Shown: one piece after another, positions 41,618 through 52,891 of the stretch | Numbering within the stretch: position 1 is the stretch's first letter | How the letters are laid out: each line of letters begins with the position of its first letter | NCBI RefSeq assembly: GCF_964355755.1 | Contig: NC_092672.1 | Location: 29,580,437 to 29,644,436 of the forward strand | DNA length: 64,000 nucleotides | From: Antedon mediterranea | Lineage: Eukaryota; Animalia; Echinodermata | Direction: 5' to 3' | Notes under the pieces: model-generated | Told to the model about the DNA's origin: nothing | Seen by the model: only the letters and a program-made list of their open reading frames with translations | Databases searched by the model: none | Made by a program: the position numbers and the translations under genes

Positions 41618-42342
41618 TAACGAATCCGTATAATATAATAATGTTGTATGTTATAAAGTAAAGTAAATGCGTTTAATATAATACAATTATATTATAATAT
41701 AATGTATTTTATTAATAATATAATATTAAATGTTCATAATATAATGCTAAAACCAAATAATATAATACAAAAAGTCAATAATTTGTTACATTTTTCACAT
41801 AATATATTAGAAATAGATATAATATAATGCTAAAACCAAGTAATATAATGCAAAACGTATAATTCATTACAATACAATATATAATATAATAAAAAAATGA
41901 TATAATAATATAATATTTTGAATACTTCAGACAGCTGAGGCTTGCCATAGTGGGCGGTAAATATTTATATATTATATATTAAGTGTAGTCTTTCTATGTC
42001 TCCATGCAGCAGTTAAGTATTGTTTACAGTGATAGTCTACAATTTCACCGATTCTCTCAAATGGAAATTCTAAATAAAGGTCATCAAGTAAAATATGATG
42101 TTGGTATTCGATTGTACCACTTCTAAAATTCTCCCAGAATGTATCATAACCACAATACAATAAATCCATTTTTAGTAAGTTAAAATGTGTTTCTCTTACA
42201 TTTTTAAGGTTTGAACATTCAAGTAGAAAATGGTCTGTAGTTTCAATTAACTGATTGTTGCATAGCTTGCAAAAACCAGTCTCATTTTCTGACCATGTAT
42301 TTTTTCTACCTTCTAAATCAAGAGAGTTAGACCTCGCTTTAA

Positions 42343-45300
42343 AGGGGGGTTCCGGGTTTAAAATGAATAGTAAAAAATGTAAAATATATTTGTTTGTCTC
42401 TTGAACGGTAAAAGTTTCAATTTATATAAGCGCCCAGTGAAGCAGAACGAAGGCTGTGAAATCAGGCCAGATTACAAGTGCAGCTACGGCAAAATCACAC
42501 TGTGGTTACAAAATAGGAAATTCGTGAAATGGTCCATCTTCCGACGACTCGTTATCATAAACCATATAAATTACTTTTGTAAAATTATACTTATCTGATG
42601 TAATTTTAGTCGGTCTTCCCATTTATAAAGTCAATTTTTTATGAAAATTCATCAAAACAGTGAAAAATTAGATATGTTTGCACTTTACGTTTGCCGATTT
42701 TCGCACCGACTTAGGGAAAAATCAAAATCAATGAAGCGTAACGTATACTGTACATTCCTGCTGAGGATCGAGCGAGACGAAAATACACGTGCTCTCTCTG
42801 CTGCCCATGCCTGGCATCGTCACGTGATAAGCAGATACAACAATACCAAACTGGTCGGGTCGAGTATACCCCGTCTATAATCACAACATGAACGATGTAC
42901 AGTATTTGATTGAAGGTCGACTTGACCTACCGGAATGGTATAGATAATATAGCTCGAATGAGAGAGTTGGAATATTTGTGTAGTGCAGCCTATAGTAAAA
43001 GGCCTGGTAGTATCAATTCGCATAGGGTCTACTACACTAGCTAGCTCAATTTTTAACTGGGCCGGATCGGCTAGGTCTCCTTCCTACTACCTGGTCTACT
43101 TGCTTGATGCATGAGTATCCGCTTTTTTGGAGAGTAAACTAAGCCTATTTTATTTTAGGCCTACTTAGACGATCGGGACACCATACGTGTGCAGAGGTCC
43201 CAACTTGGGAAAGTCCATTCGCAGGAGATTTTGTCGTGAACCACATTCAATTCGTCGGGGCGTCGAAAGTCAACGCGCGGGGAATCGAAAATCAACACGC
43301 GTGTCGTTTACGTCTCCTAATTAACTAAATATGTTACATATACAGTATATACAATATTTACACATAAGTTGGTTTAATTTTTACATAGGTTTATCCATCA
43401 TTATTTTTACATTCTTATTTTTTTTATGGACACATCCTCAGTACAAAGAATTTAAAAAATATATACTGTATTTTAACTAAAATTCAGTATATAAAATAAT
43501 TTAACTTAATTACATAATGTACAATATTTACACGTGATAGTATTGCCCAATAGAATTTACTCATTATTTTTAGGCACAGGCCTAGGCCTAGCATATAGGG
43601 CTTCTACTAGGCCCTAGCTAGCTACCATTTTAAAACCCCAAAACAATCGAAATAAACTATTCCGAATCCGTCTTATGCTACATTACGCGAGTTAACATAT
43701 TATTTCATATGAAAAACATTGAGTTTTATATTGTTTTATCCATACGTAATTACACTGGCATTAAAGATATAACATTAAAATGTAGGCCGTTTATGAGCTA
43801 TTTCGCCGATTTCTTATCGCTGGGAAATTCCCCACCATCGACATCGATCGATCGAGGAGTAGGCCTAGGCTAGAATAGAATAAAAATAGAGGCCTAGCGT
43901 GCATGCCGAAACGGGTGGATTATTGCTATATAAATAACAAGTTTGAACAAAAGAGCTTACGACAATCTTAGGTACAGTTTTATTAAGCGTAGGCCTACTT
44001 GCTTGGCGAATCCATATGCCTTTTAAATCATTTTAACATGTTCGTATTATCGGATCGTACAGTAAAACCACCTCCATGGTAAAACCAAATAAAACACCGC
44101 CTCAACAACCTCGTGCGATGTGCGATCTGTTGTTCTTTGCAGCGGATCAACATATTGGTAGAGTCCATTAATTATGAGGGTGTTAAAAATGTAATAACTA
44201 TTAAAAACGTGTCTCAACCACTGTATAATCAAAGCGTTTATTTAGTTAAAACCTGGATCCTCCCAAAATGGATAATCGCGTATTCCGGTTACCACGTGAT
44301 TGATTCACGGTTGGTTGCACGCTTCTTTTTTTTTCTACGTCCGGCGTGTAGTACCATAGAGATATTATAATATCTCTATGGTAGTACCGTGCATGTTTAT
44401 ATTATTGTTACGGTTTAACAAAGGCAGTGCATACAAATAAAAATACAAGAATAGACCACGGAGACTGCATGAATAGACATTTGTTTCAACATCCTGCCTC
44501 ACTTTTGTATTGACTATTGTTGACCTGGGCTGAGCCTGGGTGTAACCGTAAATCAATTTGGCCAAAAATATGGGGAAATTTGAAAATGCGGTAGAAAACG
44601 TTGAGATAGCGGTAGCGCGGTAGATGGGTACTAAAAGCGGTAGACTACCGCGAGTAGCGGTAGACTTGGGACCCCTGCGTGTGGACGGCGATCGGACCTT
44701 GTTTTGCTTCAATATTTACAGCCGATTTTGTAGAACGTTTTAGGTTTAGATTGTTTAGGAGTTTGGTTGATAGGATGGGTTTTGTTATTTATGGGCCAAT
44801 CGTCTAGTAGTAGGCTAGCTAGGCCCATGGGCCCCATTGTTTTAACGTAGCCATCGTGGCATGGAATCCCTAGTCAGAATGGCTCTCGCCCATATTATTA
44901 GGCTAGGCCTAGAGTAGTATTGTACGTGAAGCCGATAATACGATCTGTACTATAGAGGTATAAAAATACTGTAGTATAATTTATGACTCCGTATCTGTAC
45001 TAAATTTTGTATTTCATTAAAAGTCAAATAAATATATGCTACTACTGTTATTATTACACTTTAGGCCTAGCTTAGAAAATCTACAAAAAATGTATTTCAC
45101 AATGATCGGGTGGTCGTCGTTTGACAGGGGAGAGAGATGTAAATTAGTTGACAAACACAACGTACATGACGTCGCGAGTTTGGAATCCACTGGTGACGTG
45201 ATTTTGTGAATATCTCATGAATATTAATGAGCTTCCCTAAGCTGCTGAAAAACAGACTTTCCATGAATTTACCCTAAAATGTATATGAAATTTAATTTTT

Positions 45301-45409
45301 TTAATTTCTCGTTATTACTTCTTCATTCTGACATGTCTATATTGTTATAATATTTTTTATTTAATAAATAAACGATATTTAAAACCAATTTTAAACCCAG
45401 AATCCCCCT
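42343..45409. mobile_element. Non-autonomous Kolobok-like DNA transposon
   Basis: TTAA TSD (42339-42342, 45410-45413); 22-bp TIR AGGGGGGTTCCGGGTTTAAAAT / ATTTTAAACCCAGAATCCCCCT; RR termini; precise removal restores the host LINE frame. Confidence 0.85.
44355..44380. mobile_element. 26-bp perfect palindrome with 7-bp GTAGTAC TSD, probable P/Galileo-type footprint
   Basis: GTAGTAC-CATAGAGATATTATAATATCTCTATG-GTAGTAC. Confidence 0.7.
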
Positions 45410-45867
45410 TTAAACTTTAAACTAATGGAATCAAAATTCACCATATCAAACATGTATGTCTCTGCTTTAGGTTCATGTTTATATTTCAAATATTCGGAGA
45501 GTGTTGACTTTGTTTTTGCACCTAATAAATGTTAAAACAATCATTTTTCGAGAAAAAAAATACTGCATAGTATCAAAGAATTAATAATTTGAAAATAATT
45601 TTATAATTTCGAACCCGTTATTTTTTCTATCTTTGTATATTCCATAAATGTGACGGATATGACAGTAAAAAGGAACCATGTATTTATAAATACGAATAAA
45701 ATATGAAATAATGATATAATAATGATTGCTCAAAAAATACTTGCTACTCAGAATTACACAATATTTTAGGGGAAAAATATTTAATTTAAATTGTTGATAC
45801 TAAATAATAATCTTTACTTTCATTTAATAATATTTGTTCATTATTTTTTTTATTTTTCTTCAATTAG

Positions 45868-45984
45868 GTTTAATACTAAAATGTACATAATAATGTTATT
45901 GTTATTCGTTTTAGGGTTGTTTGACAGAGGGACAAGTGGTTTAGAAGATACCGGACAGTGTCCATTATATACCTCTTGGAAGAA
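45868..45984 (+). other. Candidate orphan first coding exon with signal peptide
   Basis: Polypyrimidine tract plus TAG acceptor (45867), AAAATG at 45881, MYIIMLLLFVLGLFDRGTSGLEDTGQCPLYTSWK, phase-2 donor GTGAGT at 45985. Confidence 0.5.
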
Positions 45985-46448
45985 GTGAGTGTGCAATTAA
46001 TAAAAATTAAAATTCATTAGTACTACATGTCCTATTTTTTAATATGTTATTTATGTAAGGTTTGTTTCTAATATGGGTGCCCTTTGATATGGGTTCTATT
46101 GTAAAAAAATAACAATTAGGATTCTGGATAAAAAGCACATTTAGGCACATTGTCAAAAGCTATGATAGACATGGATCATTGTTTAGATAATAATGCTTTA
46201 TAATTATTTTTTTTTCACTGGCCTTGGGTCAGAATATGCTAGGACCTGCACTTGTCCTGAAGAGAAAACTAGCAATGTGATCTTAACGGAAACAACAGAG
46301 GTATATGTGTGGGGAAGAATAGTAGTCACCAACTAGCAGAAGGAAGTCGAGAGAAGATCCTTTAGCCTACATTAGAGCCCTCCTTTGCCAATCCACAACA
46401 GGTAATTACTCGCCAATAATCTTACGCATAGCATATTGGAAATAGTTC

Positions 46449-46920
46449 TCCCCACCCTTTACACACCCACCCTTAACACCACTTATTGACTGAGCCTCCC
46501 CACCCTTTACACACCTACCCTTGACACCACTTATTGAGAAGCCTCCCCACCCTTTATACACCTACCCTTGACACCACTTATTGACAAGCCTCCCCACCCT
46601 TTACACACCTACCCTTGACACCACTTATTGACAAGCCTCTCCACCCTTTACACACTCTACCCTTGAAACCACTTACTGACTAGCCTCCCTACCCTACACA
46701 CCTACCCTTGACACTACTTATTGACAAGCCTCCCCTCACCACCTTTACACACCTCTACTCTTGACACCACTTATTGACAAGCCTCCCCATCCTTTACACA
46801 CCTACCCTTGACACCACTTATGGACAAGCCTCCCGGCCACCCTTTACACATGTCTACTCTTGACACCACTTATTGACAAGCCTTCCTACCCTTTACACAC
46901 CTCTACCATTGACACCACTT
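46449..46920. repeat. ~47-bp C-rich minisatellite, ~10 copies
   Basis: Unit cctccccaccctttacacacctacccttgacaccacttattgacaag with small indels. Confidence 0.92.
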
Positions 46921-47954
46921 GACCACATGAAAGTTGACTCAGTTTAGTTAATTTTCATGACTGTGTAGATTACCAAAGCAGATTTTTGTAATGTTTTTGT
47001 TTTGAGTTCGTGTTGTGTCCGTTGGATATTGTGCTCCGCCAACAGAGCAAACATAATTTCTATGTTTTTTTTTATTAAAACAAATGACAATAAATGATAC
47101 TTGACTTGACTTGAACTTGTAGATTGTGTTGGATCAGGCTGCTTCCCAAAATAGATTCTGAATATTTATGATGACGCAATGCGAATTTATAAGATCAAAG
47201 GTCAAAGTCGTTTTTAACAAATGCAATTTTTTAAATATTGATTTTGACAATTGCTCGAAATTGAATGTATAGCAGCATGGTATGATACAAAAACGTAAAG
47301 GTTTTAGTTAGAATAGTTAGTTCCATTTTCTAAGCGAATATAATCCTCTATAAATTTCTCTTAATAACGTATGAACGAAAATTTAAAAGTGCTGGTAGGC
47401 CTATACTGAATGGTCTATCCAGTACGAAAGCCTAAAATAAGTACAGTTACTGTAATTCGTTTGTACAAATTACCAATTCGGAATAGGCTAGGCCACTTAT
47501 TATTTTGTTAGATTGGTAAACGGACGCTGTTGGGATGTTGGGGAGCAGATAGATAGAACCTCCATGGACCCCTAAGTGCCTAATCCACCCTCACCCAAAC
47601 GCGGACCTCCGTCCTCATCAAAGAAAACTCAATTTGACAAATTTCCTTTAAAAAAAAAAAGAGAAAAGACAACAAATTATAGTACAAAAAATGTTTTTTT
47701 TTTTTTACAATTATATTATCACCTATTCGTTACACCATAATTGGTCTATATTTTTTTATAGTCACCAATCATTAGCTAACAATTCAATATAAATATCTAC
47801 AAATTATTGATAATTTTGGTTTTATCTTTAAGTAATTAATTTCAAACTCAATGATGAGGATATGACAATTACGTAATTGGCCATTATGCAATTATTTCTT
47901 AAAATGTCTCAAATGATTCTTGATAATTTGGTTATTCAGATAGAAAGGGCTTAA

Positions 47955-50900
47955 ATGGCAGAGTCTGAAACTAATCCAGAGTTCTCCAAATTGAAGTCTG
48001 ATCTCAGTAGACACTTTGAAGGTGAAAGGTTGCTTTGGCTGAAGTTCATCCTATTTGAGTTCTTACATGTAGGAGACCTTGAGAAGTCTACTGGAAATGA
48101 TTTATTTAATGGTTTAGATGATACTGGTAATATTACACCTAATAATGTTGATCTTTTATTTGAGATTACCAAATTATCTAAATTAAAGAAAGCAGAAGAT
48201 CTTGTACTCCAGTATATTAAAGATAATAATGCTGAAAATACAGAAGAAGAAAAGATATCATCACGTCGACAATTCATGTTTAACAAGTTGCGAAATGTTG
48301 ATCAAGATGCGTTGAAGAGGGTTATTGCTCACTATGATCTGGCAAGGTATAACTACACCAACATTTGGGATGTAACATTCAGATTGGAATCTGGACAACC
48401 TTTACCGAAAGAACCAGACAAGAAAGATGTATTTGATGGTCTTCTTCGACAAATTGTGCATCATACTAATGTACCACACCGCAGTGGAAGTCACAAAGGT
48501 ATGAAACATGTGATATTTAGTATTTGTATTATTACTTTATAAATTATAATCTTCAAACCAAGGAGTGCCCCACCTAACCTAACCGGAGGTGCTGACCGGT
48601 CATGGGCGACTAGTGTGTTTTTTTTGGGGGGGTTTTTTTTGTACATAATTTTTGTTGAATGCTGTCTGGCATGTATGTACCGTATATTTATGCATTTAAA
48701 TGGTTACCAAACTGACAAGCACTCGCTTCTTTTGGTATAGGCCTACTATTTGTTAATAGTTAACTATTAAAACGTATTTTAGCATTGAAATTTGTATTTA
48801 TGTATTTCTATATGAATATTTATTTATATACTCTATTCATTATAGCGTCTGTTAAACAATTCCTTTAAATTTCATTTACAAGGCCAAATCCAGACAAGCG
48901 AAAGCTTTTTATTTGGTCTTTTTGTCAATAAGTTAATAAATCTAATTATTCTTAATTTAGTTTTACATGTTAACAATAAAGAGATATGTGGCCCTCTATG
49001 GAATAGTATACAAATAATGAATGTTTATGAGTGCAATGGTACAAATAATGGCACGAGGTGAATGATGAAAGGTTATATCAACGAGGCAAAGCCGAGTTGA
49101 AATATAACCTTTCATCATTCACCAAGTGCCATTATTTGTACCATTACACGAATACAAAACATTCATTATTTGTTTTATATAACATCTAGACGTTTTTTTT
49201 TCGTCCACAAAAATGTTTCAAAAAGTACTATTTAACGATCGTTGAATAGTGCGTACTATTGCACGCCATGTGACCCACATTCGTCCAATCAAATGACAGG
49301 AATTTATATAGGTGTTATATAATATTGACTAGGGTCCTAACTGATCCTATAGAATCCTATATGATATTTTTACCAGAGATAAGAGACTTGTATTTTATTA
49401 TCACAACGTATTACAAATTAAAATAGTTTAATTCATTCCGATTTCCGCCTATTAAATCCTAACCGATCCGATTTTTTTTAGGGTTAACCTAAAATATTTC
49501 CGTAGAGCTGTATAATTATTAAAACGTATTAAATTCATATTGTTGTAAACTCAAAAGAAACACTGATATAACGTTGTAATTTCACTCTAATTTTTTCCTC
49601 TCTACTCTCATTACAATTTCAACTTGATGTATTTTTTTCTGTACAGATTTTCCTGCAACACCTCAAGATGAAAACCATAGTATGTAAACTTCTTTTAACC
49701 CCTTTATATGGAGCAGGGGTCGTGAAACACATGGCCAGTCTCTGTGGTTCTTTTTGGGCCAGCCTGTGGTCCGAGGGCGCTAGACATTCAGCCAGCCTGT
49801 GGTTCCGAGGGGGCGCTAAGAAACACACGGCCACAGAGCCATATATAGAGAGAGTTACGACTTCGAATGGATTAGAAGCCGTGTTTGTGTCCAACTATTC
49901 CTATGTAGCGTATGGAGTTGAGTCTTTTGTTTTGAAAATGTATAACGTTCAAAAGGCTTTAATTATCGAATTTAATATCAAAACAATCAATTTGTTTAAA
50001 GGTTTTTGTTAAAATAATAAACAAATTATAAAGTTACTGCGAACATGATTTTAAACAACAAAAATAGCAATTTCGGAATGGTTCTGGTTGTGCGCTCCAT
50101 GCACGCTCTACGCGTGCGCGTTTAGTTTGTACAGCGATTCTCTATAGTAATGCATTGTTTTTACATTTTGTTGTTTAAAATCATGTTCGCAGTAACTTTA
50201 TGATTTCGTTATTATCTTAACAAAATCTTTAAACAAATTGATTGTTTTTTTTTATATTAAATTCGATATTTAAAGCCTTGTGAATGTTATACATTTTTTA
50301 AGCAAATGACTCGACTCCATACGCTACATAGGCACAGTTGGACACAAACATGGCCGGCGTGCACACCACGTGACTTTCTAAAATCCGTGAACGACGCAAT
50401 GCCGTAACTCTCTCTATATATGGCTCTGCACGGCCAGCCTTCGGCCCAAGGACGCTAGACATTCGGCCAGCCCGATGGCGCTAGCATGAAACACACGGGT
50501 AGTCTGTGGTCCAAGGGCACTAAACTCTCGGGACCGTACAAACACTACTTCTTCGCATGCAACTAAAGTAAAATGACGTCACGTTAAAGCGTGTCGTCAC
50601 AGAGTCTCATGCATATGCAAAATGAATGTTTTGTCTCTGCTTGCGCATGTGCGCTCATGATTTTACAAAATGTTTTCAGAGTGATGATGATGGTGCGATC
50701 GGTGGTACAGAAAATAAAGTAATTCCGATATTGTTCCTGATAACAAAGAAGCAGATTAAATAATAATAGTTATTTTTTACCAATTTGGCTTAGATAGAAT
50801 CCTAGGCCAGAGAACTCACTATGTACACTAACCCAGCTTACTACTAGCTTATAACAAAGAATATATATCACAAGAATGAGTATTCCGCGATTTTTGCATG

Positions 50901-52834
50901 AGAAATTTGTAACAGAGGGCGGATGTATACATACTAAATAACACTTGATTTAATAGATATTATAGATGTCACATTAAATAGAATTATGATAATATATTTT
51001 GCAATTGTAAACTATTTTATAATACATATTTATTAACAAACTAGTGTACATTCACTTTCACAGACAATTATTTACTAACATGCTAAATTAGTTCACAAAA
51101 AAAGGCCTAACACCAAAAATCAACGAATCGTTACTCAGCACTGCCTATTCTTTACCATTGCCGCGTACTACTTTACGCCCGGTAAATTAAGTATTGTTTT
51201 TATGATATAAATTAGTATAAAATACATGTTATTAATAGGATAAAATGTTAAATTTATTAACATTTATTTGTTTTACCAGAAACAAGTTAAATATAGGAAT
51301 ATTATTAAACTATCCTTCGTGAAAACGCGTAAACACCAACACGCCCGGTCACGCTATCGTAGCGCCCGGTTGATAAAGCGAACTCTTTATACGGCAGTTT
51401 TTACTAAATAAATTGCATAAAATGAACAATTAAATATTCAAACAGCATTTAACATGATGTTGGCATGTAGTTGATAACATTTTTTATCATGAAAATACTA
51501 CTGGTGGTCCAGCCTTTGATTAGTGAAACGGTCACAAAAAGTTGTATACATCCCAGATACATCCTCACTTATGGCGGCGCCCTACCACATGGACCACCCT
51601 AGCTCTAGCTAGGTATGCACTGCGCTGCCGCCACTAAGCCTATTTCAGGTCTCATGTCTTGCAGCATCTAAAAATGCGTACTATAAATACATTATTATTA
51701 TTTTGTATTCGCACAGGAAGTATCTGGGCTTTCCTGTTAAAATTAAATATATTAGGCCTATTTATTATCCTCCGTGAAAAATAATATTTTGTTGTGAATA
51801 TGCCACGCTTACCGAAGGTGGCCTCTCACGGCGGAGGTTCAACTGATTTAGTAGGCATTATTATGAACAACTAGTAAAGTTTTTATATTTATAATTATCT
51901 GGATATAGGCTAGGTCTAGGCCTATGTGCTTTTCCACAGTTTAGGCAAGTGCTGAAGTTGGTTACTAGTTCTCTATTCAAATTTAATTAAAGGGACAGTC
52001 ACAAATATTTTAAACAGATTTCAATACGTAATTACTGTCTATTTGAGTTGTTATTGCATCAACATGTTTAGCCTTGACCTCCTCTACTTCTTCCGGTCAA
52101 AGTTCAATAACATTTTATGCATTTACGCCCTCTACGGCGAATAAGTAACTAGCTTTTACAAACGTTATAAGAGGGCGTAGATGCAAAAAAGCTCGCGGAA
52201 CTAGGGTGGCAAATGGTAAAGTAGGCCAAGGGTCATCAATTTATACCAAAATATGTTGAGAAAATTAAGTAGGTCAAGTGTTATAACGTTCGTAAAGCTA
52301 TTTACGTTTTCAGAAAGGGACAGAACACGTCAATGGCTCTCATCGACCTGACAAATAAAATTATAGACGCTTTCGAAAATCGCCATCTTGCAATCGGCAT
52401 TTTCATAGACCTTTCCAAGGCTTTTGATACTATTGACCACAGTATTCCTCTACACAAATTATCTCACTATGGAATCCGTGGATCAGCAATTAATCTCTTA
52501 AATAGTTACCTCTCCAATCGATCGTGCCCAATGTACCAAATACTCTCACTCCATATCCACTTTTAGTCCTATCACATGCGGCGTCCCTCAAGGATCTCTA
52601 CTTGGCCCCCTCTTATTTATTCTATACATCAATGATATTCACTTCTCTTCAAAGCTCCTAATTTTTTTCCTTTATGCTGACGACACTACAGTACTTTATT
52701 CTAACAAAAATGTCCAATCCTTATTTATTTTATTTTATTTTATTCAGTCAAAACCAACAGTGATAAATACCGCCACTAACAGGTTTGAAACATAAAACAA
52801 TACAACATCAAAAACGGTTAACAATAAAATACAG

Positions 52835-52891
<57 letters not shown>

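Larger units (their letters stand above)
30355..41949. mobile_element. Giant non-coding palindromic (foldback) element, copy 2
   Basis: Same TATGGCAAGCC...GGCTTGCCATA termini. Arms 30355-34667 and 34851-41949; 183-bp spacer 34668-34850 in the same orientation as in copy 1. Confidence 0.92.
41950..45530 (-). mobile_element. RTE-X-like LINE ORF2 C-terminus (45530-45410 joined to 42342-41972), split by the Kolobok-like insertion
   Basis: Removing 42343-45413 restores KSTLSEYLKYKHEPKAETYMFDMVNFDSISLKFKARSNSLDLEGRK...FCKLCNNQLIETTDHFLLEC...AAWRHRK (CCHC knuckle). The 3' UTR and tail appear at 30175-30354 and 21209-21248. Confidence 0.8.

Noticed and set aside
21249-41949. Assembly fold-back artefact as the explanation of the palindromes
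   Set aside because: The arms differ by many substitutions and by independent insertions with their own TSDs. Read-level confirmation is still advisable.
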